A stretch of 64,000 nucleotides of DNA from Flectonema sp. DT1601. Taxonomy: Eukaryota. The stretch covers positions 248,001-312,000 of the forward strand of contig OZ025788.1 of NCBI GenBank assembly GCA_964019425.1, given 5' to 3'. Both the position numbers and the translations under genes were made by a program. Below the pieces are notes generated by a model. That model searched no databases. It was not told the DNA's origin and was given only the letters and a program-made list of their open reading frames with translations. Shown here in pieces: positions 34,348-47,711 of the stretch (position 1 is its first letter; each line of letters opens with the position of its first letter).

Positions 34348-37300
34348 ATGAAATCGTTCTATCAGTCCCTTATTGTTGTAGTTCTCTTACTGTTCAAAAA
34401 CAACGAGGTAGGATTTGCACAAGAGATTCCGAAGATTAAATTGGTTGTCGATGGTCTCACAGAAATAATATCAACTTCGGATAGCACTGCAATATACGAA
34501 CCAATTGGAAGATCCGGGTATGACACGTTAGGAAAGACTTTTACATGTAAAGAAGGAAATGAGTACTTGCGTTTTACAGACGGCAATGCATCAGAGAAGT
34601 CTTTTCGAACGATGACTTTGATTTTTTGGATTCGTTCACTTCAAAAAACTTCAGACGAAGTTTCATTAGTATCCTTACAATACAACGACCATTCGGATTG
34701 TGGTAAATTAACGTTTTCTCTGCAATCGTCATCAACATTAACTGTACGCAGATGTGGGTCTGAAATTCTTGGATCTGCTAATTTGGGAACTGCTCAATGG
34801 ACTCATGTAGCGATTGTTATTTATGAGAGGTCGATAATATTTTATATTGACACCATAGAGTATCCCCGTATTCAATTTGATGTTGGTCCCATGTCTTTGT
34901 ATAATTTAACATTTTGTACAACTGATGTAGGACAACCATTTGTAGGAAGTATTGAATCAGTTCGATTATTTACGAAGGACTTACCGACTAGTGATATCGT
35001 GATGGAGTTCAAGGATTGGTGTACAAATGATTGTTCCTATTCTGGTGATGGTGTATGCGACGACTATGGTCTTCTTCTGCAAAATCTGTACGTCTGCGAC
35101 TATGGAACAGACTGCGACGACTGTGGAGTTCGACCCTACAAACGAGATTGTTACGACTACACTTGTACTACAAGAGGAAGAAGGCTTCGCACAGATGTAA
35201 CAGGTATGAGTTAATTTCTTGTATCGCATGCAAACTCTCATTTAGTGTTTTTTTTGCACCGACGAAGTCAGAGAAGAAATTGTTCAGATTAAAGAGCCGT
35301 TTTATTTATTTATGTCAAATGTTATCTATTTTCCCTGTGCGTCAGTGTTACTGTCTGCGATCAATAAAATATATATAAGGCTTCATCTGAGATGGTTTTT
35401 TGTTTTGTGTTGTTGAATAGATTATCAAAGACACCCCACTGGGACCAAGGAACACTCACTCTTAGTGTATCCTATTTAGGAACTGTGGGGAAGATATTTG
35501 TTTACAAAATATTATGTTTTTTGTTGTTGAATCGGTTAACCATTCTTATGATGCATATTACAATCTAATAATAAACACCACCAGACGTACGATGTCCAGA
35601 GAGCGGTTGTACTGATCGACTATGCTGTGAAGCTATATCACCAGACTGTGTTGGTCAAGACTACAGTATTTGTACTGACTGGGGACTAACAGTAGCCGAC
35701 TGTTGGAGTACTTTTACAGGAAATCAAGACTTCGTATTCATATTCTGTAGAGACATGTGTGGATTTTGTGCAGAGAAACACACTTGTCCAGTTGCTTCTA
35801 TTGAGGGAGCAGCGCCTGCTCGTAATTGCAGTGGGAAACAAGTAGTAGAAATTGACCAATCATGTGACTGGGAACCCTTACCTGGATACAGCTGTACTAA
35901 CCTACACACAAGTCAATGCACGGGATATGATGAGGAATTATCTTCTGTTCCAGAGTGTCATCAATCCTGGTGTGAGTTACCAAAGTCTCCAGAACTTGGT
36001 GTTACAATAGGACATTGTCATAAGAAGATTTCTGGAGAAGAATGTGTTCCTCAGTGTGGTGAAGGTTTTATACTCGACCCTGCCTACAGTCAAGATCCTG
36101 TTGAGATGATTTGCTCTGACGGACCCGAACCGGAGTCGTACTTCGGCAGCTATTTCGGAAATGGAAACGGAGCTTCTTACATCAGAATGTGTGCAGTGGA
36201 AGTACAGCGTTGTTATGTTACTGCTACTTCAGATGTTTCTGGAATGATAATGTCCTTAAGAGGAATGAATGTAACAAATATTACTGAAATATCTATTCCT
36301 TGTGGAGTTAGTAGATCTAAAATTATCTGGGCTGCAGATATTGAAAATGAAATCTCATCACAGCCTTGTGCTCCTTCTCTTGATGTTCTAGTTAGAGATA
36401 TGATAGAATTTGGTAATATTGGATGGTTTCCTTCTCAATGGTTGTTGTCAGCAATGAAGAATAGTGATTTGGAATTGTATTCTCCACAAGAATGTCCGGA
36501 AGAATGGTTTTCTAATCAAGATAGTCTTATTGGAGGAAGTTATCTCATGTTAGTTGAAATCCCATACTCAATCAAAGTTGATTCAATTAGGGTCACTGGT
36601 GGAGCTGAAGGATACAATACTTCAATTCTAGCTGACGGTTTTAATACGTCAGTCGGGTACAACATCGAAACACGAATTGAGAATCCTGCACCATCTCGTC
36701 ACTTTCTTGTTCAACTCCCTTCTTGTTTTGAATGTGAAATAACCATGTCAGGATTATATATTAAAGGCTGGCCTGTTCCTACTATACCGACTGAGTCTAC
36801 AGATGGTCATCTTGTTGACGATTCTGTAAAATATGATCAGGAGTCTTGTTTTGAAGGGTGTGTATTTGAAATGTTCATTATGTAAAAAAAAAACAAAAAA
36901 AGAAAAAAAAAACAAAAAAAAACAGAACATCAGCTACCATGACATTTGATACTGCTATCGACATAGTAGGTTATGAGATAGCCTTATGTGATATTTATTA
37001 TTACGATTTTGAAGGAAAACCTCATAATATTCCTAAAAACTGGACGCTGCAAATCGATAACAACACGATCCACACAATAACATTGACCACTGAAGATTGG
37101 TTAAGAGAAGCACAATACAGTAAATTTATGCAATTACCGGTGTCAGTCTCTGGAAAGACACTCACAGTAATGTTTGAGCCTGATAGTGGCGAGGACTGGG
37201 TTCGAATTGGTGAGGTGTTTGTTTATACCGAGTTAGAACAAAGAACCCCGCAGAATAGATCATCAGAGACATATTTTCTTGACTTGATTTGGTCAGACAA

Positions 37301-40300
37301 CCACTCCAGCAGTACTCAATGGGTAACCCCATCGTATATTATAAAAGAGAATGTGTTATTTATTAGAACATTTAATGAAACTGGATTCCATCAGAGATGG
37401 ATAGCTAACAACGTCGCCTCAGTTGTTGAATGTTTCTTCCTTGGTGGGAATACTCCTCAAGCACTTGTTGTTTTAAAGAATGAATCGATTATGTTGTTTT
37501 CACACTTCAATACGGCTCCAGTTTTAATTCCTGCAATTGGAGTTTTAGCAACGTGCGCTGATTTTGATGCTGACGGCATGCTCGATATCATAGTCTCAAG
37601 TAACTTAAGAATATCTACTCTGTATGGAAAGACACGTGACCATGTTCCCTTATATCAGTATAGAGATATGTCACAGATGTATTTTGTAACTCGTGAAGGT
37701 GATTTTGATTATGAGACTGAGACATCAGTGAGTTCAATGATAACTTTTGATTATGATAGCGATGGTTGGATTGATCTCTTCATCACATCATTTAATGGAG
37801 ATGATATCCTCTATCGAGGATCACGAGGTGGTTTTGAATTCGAAGGCAAGTTTGGATCAAAATCAATTTCCTCAACTGCATGCGATCTTAACAATGACGG
37901 CACCATTGACATCATTACAGTGTCTCCAGGAGTGACTGCTGTATTATTTTTTAATTATCATTCACACTGGAGTAAATATTCAATTCAATACCACCACGAT
38001 GGACATTCTGTAATGTGTTCAGACCTTACTTCAGATGGATATAACGATCTTTATATTTCTGGTGTCGGTGCGACTGATTTCTTACTCATGAATCAGATGT
38101 ATCATTTTGCTCCACCTTATGAAGAAGATGATCATATTTTCGTGCAAGCTAGAAATGGGCCCACTGATTTATCCATTTCAGCAACGTTGTTGTCTGATGC
38201 TGGACTTTATGTTGCGAAAAAGGGAGGTGCTGATCTGCTATATAGGATCAATAAAATAAATCACAATAGCGAGAATCGAACTTCTATTCAAATTGCAGTG
38301 GATGTTCAATTTAGAGGACAGAGATATGGTAATGGTGTAACTCTGACTTTAGTAAAAGATGAAGTAGTTGTTAAGAGAGCTGTTGTAGCAGTTACAGGGA
38401 GAGGAACTCAATCTGAGTATGTCACGCCACTGTCGATACCGATATTTAAAAACGAATCTTTTAACGACCACAGATGGCGGGTTTCTGTTCATTACGGAGA
38501 AGAAATTAAAACCGTTGATGTCATTCCTAACAACAAAATAATAACAATCGAACTGGCTGCTTCTTGTGACACATTCCCTCTTCAATATTGTACATTCTTA
38601 GCTCTTAAAGACAACTCTGATGGTAACTTAACTTGTTCAGGTTCTGTATGCAAAGAGTTAGACAAAACAACATGTTGTAAGTCAAACCCAAGATGTGACT
38701 TACTTTGGGATACAGTGAATGGTTGCAATAATGATATTGATAATTCAAACAACAAAACGGAATGGTGTTCAAGTGTCTCTGGTCACAACTGTAAACGTAG
38801 CTGTTGTGAACAAGGAATCTTTCATGACGTATGTTCGGATATTAGTTACGTAAACTGTGACATTGATAATTGTAAAACTGATCCTGAGAGGTATTCGTTA
38901 CTCTGTCCTGTCACATGTGGAATATGTGTGCCAGAACCTTTAATACCTCGCGACTATATTGATTTACCCTTTTCTGTAATTGGTAGTCAAGGTTACATAT
39001 CAGGCTCTTCTGAAGTCCAATTCGACAGAGGGTTCTTTGCGTCCTCTGATAGAACTTTAAATATTATTATCTCAACATTTAATAACGCTCCTGTATCAGC
39101 CATAGCTTTCCACAGTCAACACCACCAACTAGATCCTACCTCTGTTGATATCTATTGCAATACGTTGGGAGGAGTATTTCAACTTGACAACGATGTTGGT
39201 TCATTCTCTATCACTGATTTATTTATTTTTTCAATACCGAGGAGATGCTCATCATTAAATATAACTCTAAGTAAATCAACTGATGGTGTAGCTGTAAGAC
39301 AACTAAGACTGTACATGGGTGATCCTAAAATGCATTGCGTTGACACATTGAACTGGACAACTGGAAATCAAAGTTGTAAAGAATATGCGGAGCTTTACTG
39401 CAACGATAGTGTTCATGTACGTCCTATTGATGAACAGTTAGTTAATTTTCCATCTGATAACTGTTGTGCTTGTGGTAGGTTTGTACAAAAGAACACTAGA
39501 GTATGTGCTCGAACTGTTGGTAGATGGCGTGGTGAAGATGATGACATCTTATTCACTGTTGACTTTGTTGATGCCACGGATTGCTGCAAAGCATGTCGTG
39601 AACAGTCAGATTGCCGATACTGGTATCATTCATCAAATAGTAATGAGCATACCTGCATTGGATACAGAGACTCTAGAACTGTTACTTTTATGTCTCCTTC
39701 ACAGTCTGCTGAGGTAACTCACATCGCGGGTGATGTTTTCCCAGTTTCGGTTTGTACCTTTATTTTATACAATACAAAAAAAATAAATAAATAGAAATAA
39801 ATAAACAACTCAAAACAGCCCGTTCCTCGTACGTGTACAGATCTTCTGCTTTCAGATGATAAACTGAAGGATGGTTTACACAAAGTTTATCCAACAGGAA
39901 AGATGAATGATCCTCTTGGCTCTGAAGATATTAATGGAAGAGTAGCCTACTGTGATATGACGAATGGAGGTTGGCATCTGTTTTTCAACTACGCACATTA
40001 CTATGAGGATGTCGTTCTCAGTCCATTTGAAGGCGACGATGTGACAACTCTTCCTTTCGTAAACCATCATTCAAGTGTTTCACAACTTGGTTATACTAGA
40101 GATTCTATTTCAGCTGTGAGGTTCTTTTGTAACACCACACAACATAATAGAACAATGGACTTCTACACGAAGAGTGATGCTGTTATAAACCTCTCAACAC
40201 AGAATTGGTTTTTTGGAACAAATGCTGCGACTTCCGCAGGGGATTGGAGAATGACAACTAAACTTCAACATCACACAGCGCACCTCCCTGAGGGAGCAAT

Positions 40301-42944
40301 TGGAGGTCAAGATATGACTAAACCAATTAAGTCAAATAATAATATGGTTCTAATGGGTGCTTATGATTACTCTGGTTGGGTATGTGATGGTCCTCTCGAT
40401 GAGGGTGTTTCATTCCCAACATTACATCAGCTGTGGTTCAAAGGAATAACTGACTTTTCTGAAAAACACAAAAAACCATCTTGGATTCAAACAGTCATTT
40501 CACAACACTGTGGGAATCTAAACACCGACATCGAACTTCATGCTGAAGGGTTGCAGAGTTCAGTAGTCATGTCTCTGATTCCAAACTCTGATTCTGATTG
40601 GCTGTGTTTTGTTATTCGTTCTGAGACTACTTCGGTAGAGATTCTTTATAAAAATGATTGTAATTCGTCTCAACAAAGTAAAATATCAATTTACAACAAC
40701 GCTAACACTAATGTAACACAAAACTACACATGCGATGATGCACCTCTGGACATACAAACTGATTTTTGGTTGGTAGTCAAAAGAGGTTCTGAGAGTGATG
40801 GTGATCTTATTGTACGATCCAAGACAGGTAATGATTTAAATAGAATAGATTCTTGTGTTGTTCAACAGCCGAATCAACAATTAATTATAAACACTTCTCC
40901 TTCAGTTGAAATACCTTCTGAGTGTTTTACTCTTACTTGTCAACAAGGTCATCACGTCCTGCTTGATTGGGCCCCAGCAGCACTTTACTGGGAAGCACAA
41001 GTATCAAATGTAACTATTTGGGTAGAGCGTCATGGCCAGTGGTACAGAGAAGGTTTTTACGGAAGAGGCAAGACTGGATTCTCAGTATTGGATTTCAAAC
41101 CAGAATTGTTTAAAATATCAAAGCTACAAATAGAAGTGTCTGGAGGACTTCCTTACTTCAACCTACTTGGAAGTGGTGGATGGAATTGTACAGATGTCAC
41201 TGTCAGACCATGTAAAGAATCAGACTCTCACACATGTGATAAAGGTCCAGGAGGTCTTTGCGTAATCCGGAATGAAGATCCTGTTTGTGGCTGCAAGAAA
41301 TGGTACAAAGATGTTGGTTACGCCTGTCACAGTACTTGCGCACTACATCCAGGTTGTGGTAATGGTTTTAGACCAAAGCCACACTCTTCTTCCATTGAAT
41401 GTGGAGGGTGGAGTTGTGCCGATGTGCAGTGCTGTGAACCAGTACCTGAAACTACATCACCGACTAGCTCGACGCCAATTCCGAATATTGTGACGTCGGT
41501 GCCTTCAAATTTTGAAACCTCGTCACCGACTGCTGTTCCTAATACACAAGAACCTGTTGTAGTAATCAATACTAATATACCTAATAGTCTAATTCCTAGT
41601 GAGTCGGTTAGTCCTTCTTCATCACCAGTACCTGATACTATTACACCTGTTAATAAAACTTTAACTCCTGATATTAATAATATAGAGACACAGATCCCAA
41701 TTGTAAGTGAAAGTCCTGTTGTGATTAACCAAACCGAGAGTCCTGTCGCAGGAAATAATGAGACGGGGGTACCCATTGTGAGAATACAAACTGAGAGTCC
41801 TGGTGAGACTAAAGTGCCCGTCGAGACACAAGTTCCAACTCAGGTACCAGAACCTTATGTGAGTCAGTCTCCGGATTCTAAAGTTCCTACATCTGTACCG
41901 GTAGTGACTGAGTTACCGACTACTGTACCTACAACAGAAATACTAGTAACCAATACACCTACAGATCGTGTTACTGAGGTACCAGTCACTCTACCTGTTC
42001 AAACTATTCCTCCGACTGGCTCTCCGACTCAAACACCGACTCGCTCTCCGACTCAAACACCGACGCAATCTCCGACTAACTCTCCGACTAACTCTCCGAC
42101 TCGCTCTCCGACTCAAACACCGACTCGCTCTCCGACTCGCCCTCCGACTCAGTCTCCTATTGCTACGGAAATGTTTTTAATATTCGTCATGACTGGAGGT
42201 GAGTATGAGGTAGTCCTGATTGCTACCATCAGAAACTTCTTTGAAGGTCTCGAACTGGCCAATCCTCAAAACCTCGTAATAGAAATAGTTAGAAAGTGTG
42301 TCTACAACAAAGAGTTGGGAGATCAGCCATTTTATAATGAACAGACTGATGATTCACTTCCGTGTGATCGAGTGAAAATTGCATCAAATCTAAGCAGAGT
42401 TTCAGCCAACATCTTACAGTCTCAACCTGAAGGAAGAGTTCTAATTGAACTTCGTATAACATCACCAGATAATAATGACTTCAGAGTTATGAGAGGAGTT
42501 ATTAAAGAACAAAGTTTCGAAACGTCAATTAATAGACAATTAGCTTTAAAAGGTGTTAATGTTTGTGCTCTCGGTAACTGCGTTGCGTTGCCTACCACAG
42601 AAGATGATAACCAGGAAGGGACGAAGTTTTTGGTGATTATTGTAATCGCATCAGCGGCAGTTGTATTAATAATTATTTTTATTGTAATTCGATGTAAATT
42701 TCGTGGTACAGGTCCTCTTAGTAGGAGGGAGTCCGAACGCAGACTTCGTCATCTCGACTCAACGTATACTTCTGAGAGTCACACAGTTGATCCGTGCGAC
42801 GTTAGTCACGAGATGATGATGGTCCCACCTGCACAACCTCCAACACAATCAACAGATATTTGTATCTCTCAGATAGCTTTATCAATAGCTAATGATAGTG
42901 TTCAAGATATCCCTGTTGAACTACAAGTAGATGAACAGGAATAA
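34348..42944 (+). CDS. ~2692-aa type I membrane multidomain surface/adhesion protein; exons 34348-35203, 35585-36857, 36926-39749, 39819-42944
   Basis: Four ORFs join in frame across GT-AG introns. Signal peptide; LamG/ConA-like (WTHVAIV...FYID...FVGSIESVRLF); Cys-rich and ShK-like (CPVTCGIC); FG-GAP/VCBS repeats (DFDADGMLDI, DYDSDGWIDL, DLNNDGTIDI); PAN-like (CCKACREQSDC); fibrinogen-like start (PRTC...YCDMTNGGW); EGF-like; P/T stalk; TM helix FLVIIVIASAAVVLIIIFIVI. Confidence 0.85.
42010..42160 (+). repeat. Coding 12-bp-period repeat encoding PT repeats (SPTQTPTRSPT)
   Basis: Repeated tctccgact/acaccgact units. Confidence 0.85.
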
Positions 42945-44614
42945 ATACATCCGATCTGTAAGTCTGGTTTGTTGAATCCTCTTAACACTTGTCGTCTATT
43001 TTACAGGAATCTTTCCCATTAGACCCCCAGAACTTTATTTTCTCTGTTGTACACTGCTTAAAGGAATCTTTCGCTCTTGTGAAAGCGCTAATCATTCGAA
43101 GGCTTTGTCTGAACGGTTTTATTTTACTACGGATTCAGTAACGCTTCAGGCGGGCAACAGAGAAAAAAAAAATTGGAGTTAACTTGTTTGAAAAAAAAAA
43201 ATAACTTCGAATCTTAATTATTTCCCCACCCCTCTCTCTTCCTCACGTCGTTACTGTGCCGCTACTTATTTTTGGTAGCGTAGCACACGATATATGTAGT
43301 TCTTACTGTAACTAGTTCTTGTAGTCTGGAGTAGCTAAAACCTAAAACTGACTCATTTGAGATTTCTTTAGATTCTGCTCCTCACAGATTGATTGGTTAT
43401 TCGTGTTGCCTAAGTTTTGTGAAAAAAGCCCTTCCGATATTAATGCTAAGGATGATTAGGGGTGAGTCTGCCTGGTCATGTTCCAAGTTTTCTGTTTTCT
43501 TTCGTGGTATGAGGGGCATTAGACATATGTGATTATTTTATGAAGAAAGGTTGTATATATGGAATAGAAAAGATATTTTATTCCATCTCCGCTTCCCCGA
43601 TCATTTCTTGTTTTCAACCTGTTAGTCTTCAAAGTGGACAGCTGGGAATTTATCCTTCCAGCCAAAATAAAACACAATCTCCGTATCCATACCCCGCGCA
43701 GTCATCATCAGTTCTGGGCTTGCTAAGTAGTATTTTTTTCCGGATGAGGGAATGGTCCGAAGAAAGATTTATTATTTTTTTTTTAATTCCAAAACCATCC
43801 ATTATTTGTTTGTTGCCCTTACGATTTTTTGCATTTGATTATTTCGATCGACTGATAATTAATACTAACATTTCTTCCCTAATGTAATGAGGTAGTTTTT
43901 TTTTTCTTGTCTTGTGCTGTTCCCTTTGTTTTATGGAACAGCAGAACAATCGCGTTTTTTTTATAAACTTTTTTTTATTTTTTAATTTAGTACACAATCT
44001 TTTTATTTACTAATACAATAACCTTTCTTCTCTTGTATTGATGTGGTAGTTTTTTTTTTTGTTTTGAGTCAAATCTTGTTGGTGCTGTAGTGGTATCACG
44101 TGCATATCTATCCGCAGTTAGGGGGATTTTCTGAAGAAAAACCCATTTCAAGAAGTGGTTAAAGCAGCCACTTGTCTACTACAGGTGATCATGAGTAAGT
44201 TGTTGGACAAAATCTACATCATCAATTATTTGAATTTTTCTGGCCTATCAGAGTTTCTGGTTCTAAGGAAGATGTGTGAACAGTAATTTTTTTTTTTTTT
44301 TTTGTTCTCTTTTATTCAATACACGCTTTTCTAAGTTTTTTTTTTTTTTTTTTTTTTACACATTAAAATCGTTTCTTATGTCGTCTTAATGATGGCCTCA
44401 TTCCTTCCCTGCCTTTTTTTTTGTTTAGTAATGCAAGCAATTTGTTTAATTTGGCGTTTTTTTTTTTTTTTAAAAAAATTATTTTATTGTGTTTTAACAA
44501 AAGATATATTTCAACTTCTCTTTACAGCAAAATAACTTATTGATGAATGGACGAGGGAGGATAAGTAATGTAATGTTTTTTTCCTTTTTACAGCTCTGTA
44601 GAAAAGTAAGAATC

Positions 44615-46366
44615 ATGTCGGACATAATTAATCGTTTGGCATGTTGTCTTCCATGGTTTTATAAGAGGGCTGTTCTTTCGACTGACACTTCGCTTCAAGT
44701 TAAACGCAAGCAGACTTTAATAATGCTTTCAGTTGTTGCTCTGGGTTGTTCAATAGCTGCACTGGGTCATGTCCACAGGTGGAGTTTATTATTAGCATCA
44801 GCCATCAGTGTTATAATTATATCTATAATTACTCTGATAGCCTTAATCTGTTTTAAAAAAGTTCCGACTGATCATTTCTTAGAATTAGTAATTGCAAATT
44901 ATGGTTTGTGTATCTTGCCTCTCGATATCAGTGCTTCGATCTTGATTGCACCCAGAGCATGGCCGATATTTATTGTGCTCGTCGACATTCTACTTGTGTG
45001 TGAAGGACGAGTTCGAAGCACTCTTGGCATTGTAATTTTCTGTTGCATATATCAATTAGTTATTGCAATTGAGGAAAGTCAAAGGTTTGGGTTATTAGAT
45101 TTCGACTACGGGGATACTTACACCTACGAAAAACGTTTACTTGGAACTTGTAATTGTGATAAGCTGCCATGTCCTTACAGCATTGCGAGTGCATTGTTTA
45201 ATGTTCTTTGTTTACAATATACCGTATTCTTAGTTGATTTTTTTTGCACTCGGGGATTTGCATTATCTGTGATTGAAGAAAAGAACCTCGTAATCGCTTC
45301 TATAAACACCGCAAATGACATTGCGACATCGCTGGCGATGTTTGACTTGGTATTAGCGAGGAGTTTACTTGACGATGCTATGATTCCGAATGAATTAAAA
45401 ATAGCTTTTGAAAAACTTATTTCTAATTTAGAATCGTATAAACCGTACCTTCCACAGTCCTGTTTACCATTCGAGTGTGACTCAGAAGAGGTAGCCAGCT
45501 CTCGTCAAGATGATTCTCTGAGTGGAGCCAGTGATACTAGTTATGTATCGGACCCTTTGAAAGAATCAAAAGCAACAAAAAGGATTCCGATGACCCTAAC
45601 TAAAACAGAAGTGTCTTCTCTTGCTGTTAATATACGAAACTCTTCTACCTTATTAGAGGATTTACAGCTTTTTGAACAACTTGTATCTTCACTCGTAAGC
45701 ACATCATCTGAAATAGTATTACGTTGCAGAGGTACAACTGATTTATTTTTAGGAGACAGAGTGTATGCAAACTTTGGAGGATCAAGGACAAACTGTAGAC
45801 ACATTGCTTATTGTCTTGAAGCTGGTACTGAGTTGTCAAGGAGTTCAGAAAAATTGCTTTTAAATTTTCAGCCAACTGCCGGTACACTATCAACAAACAT
45901 AGCAATGACAACAGGTCAAGTAGCATGTGGCGATCTCGGGAGTAAAGACTTTCTTAGGTTTAGTTATATCGGAAACCTTTCAACTTGGTTGTGTGTTGTT
46001 GAACGCACTGGTTCGATTCTCGGGATACCATTATTGACAGATCGTAATCTTTTTAAACATGCGAAACACGTCAATGAGTGTCGTATCGTACTACAACACG
46101 TCGAATACGAGGGTGATATTCATTGTCTTTACGAAGTGATAACTCGCAGTCTTGATAATGTAGAAGGCGAGTGGATGTATCAACTACAGCAACATGGAGC
46201 TGGCGTGTGGGATCATTTCAATTCTGTTGGTAGTATTGTCATGGGAATCGCAATGGGAAAAAAACCAAAAATAGAAGACATAATTGGAGATGGACCTTTC
46301 TACCATAAACTACGAACAATAATAAAAGAAGGACCACCAGATCCCCTGCTCTTTTCAAAACGCTGA
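44615..46366 (+). CDS. Multi-pass membrane protein with degenerate class III nucleotidyl cyclase-like domain, ~583 aa
   Basis: ATG at 44615 after the pyrimidine-rich acceptor ttttttcctttttacag. About six hydrophobic segments, linker NLESYKPYLPQS, cyclase-like segments DLFLGDRVYANFG and NIAMTTGQVACGDLGS. Confidence 0.7.
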   Translation: MSDIINRLACCLPWFYKRAVLSTDTSLQVKRKQTLIMLSVVALGCSIAALGHVHRWSLLLASAISVIIISIITLIALICFKKVPTDHFLELVIANYGLCILPLDISASILIAPRAWPIFIVLVDILLVCEGRVRSTLGIVIFCCIYQLVIAIEESQRFGLLDFDYGDTYTYEKRLLGTCNCDKLPCPYSIASALFNVLCLQYTVFLVDFFCTRGFALSVIEEKNLVIASINTANDIATSLAMFDLVLARSLLDDAMIPNELKIAFEKLISNLESYKPYLPQSCLPFECDSEEVASSRQDDSLSGASDTSYVSDPLKESKATKRIPMTLTKTEVSSLAVNIRNSSTLLEDLQLFEQLVSSLVSTSSEIVLRCRGTTDLFLGDRVYANFGGSRTNCRHIAYCLEAGTELSRSSEKLLLNFQPTAGTLSTNIAMTTGQVACGDLGSKDFLRFSYIGNLSTWLCVVERTGSILGIPLLTDRNLFKHAKHVNECRIVLQHVEYEGDIHCLYEVITRSLDNVEGEWMYQLQQHGAGVWDHFNSVGSIVMGIAMGKKPKIEDIIGDGPFYHKLRTIIKEGPPDPLLFSKR

Positions 46367-46785
46367 TTCTGTCTTCTTCTGGGCATCCCTTTCGTTTGAC
46401 GGTATCATTGTTGACTACCAATCGGTTGGATTAAAGAATAGTCGGCACACATGTCAATTAGTTTACTAATCATTTCGGATGTATGTTCTTTCGTGGTTGC
46501 ATCATCTCCTTCTGTAAATAAGAAAGTCACGGTGCTCTGCTATTGCAATTCTGTGACGAATATGTCACTAATCAATGCAAAGGAACTTAATTATCACTCG
46601 TGGCCTCCGAATCCCGTGTTGTTCGTTTCTCTTTATCTGCTTAAGTTGGGACTCATTACAAGTCATGTTTGTCTCTCTTTTGAGAATTTTCATTTTCCAA
46701 ACAATTTCACATTTGATATTCCCTTTGTACCTCCTGAAAGTTAGACATGATCTGATGCTCAGCTTGATAAGGTTATATTTTTCCT

Positions 46786-46820
<35 letters not shown>

Positions 46821-47711
46821 AGTCGTTGGCATTTTGTGTTTGTGTTTGTTTTTTCCTTAACCGACACGCATTGTATCCCCTGGGAAGCTGGGGAATTGAT
46901 ACTTCCAACCGAAGCTATAAAAACCCAATTATTACCGTGATTGGGTCCTCTACTAGTGCGGGTTACTCGGACCCCACAGTCATCAGTTCTTGTTTTACAC
47001 ATGAGAACACTTCATTTACACTATCTTATCTTATTTCCTTAATTACAATTTTTTTCTTTCTTTTTTTTTTTTTTGTACCGACGTAGTCGGAGAAGAAGCA
47101 ATTCAGATGCTAACTAACTAATTCAGATTGAAAGCCGATATTTCTTATGGTTGTGACTTAGTTCTCTGTGTGACAGATATAAGGCTGATCTGAATGGGTT
47201 TTTATTTACAATAAAAAAAAAAAAAAACCGCGAACCCATTTTTTTTGTTAGGAAGAAGTTTTTCTTTCTTACTTTGACATACATTGCTTATGTACTAACT
47301 CAAAGGATTATCCTATCTTCGCATTATGATTCTCGTTAATGCGCATATCTTTTTATAGTTTAGTTTGTTAATTCCGTAACAACATTATTTGTTTTATAGT
47401 TCCTGATTCCTAAATAAATAACATAATTTATTAAATAGGTGAAAATTCTTATGTTATAATTAAAGTGAGTATTTGCTATCCCGTTCTGGCAAGATTCTGA
47501 TGAATTATTATTAGATTAAGGCTCCTGGAACAGTAGAACATTTTTTTTTTTTTTTTTTTAAATTTCATATCACTGCGATTCCTCAATACTTATTGTGTCA
47601 TACAGGTGACTTATAGAAAGATTGTCAATCAGCTGTCTTTGAATAATAGATCCTTAGCCTTTGTGACATTAAAAAAAAAAAAAAATTAAATAATACAACA
47701 GATCTTTACAC

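Noticed and set aside
35421..35466. Extra exon inside intron 1 of the surface-protein gene
   Set aside because: Direct joining of 35203 to 35585 already gives an in-frame, intact Cys-rich repeat.
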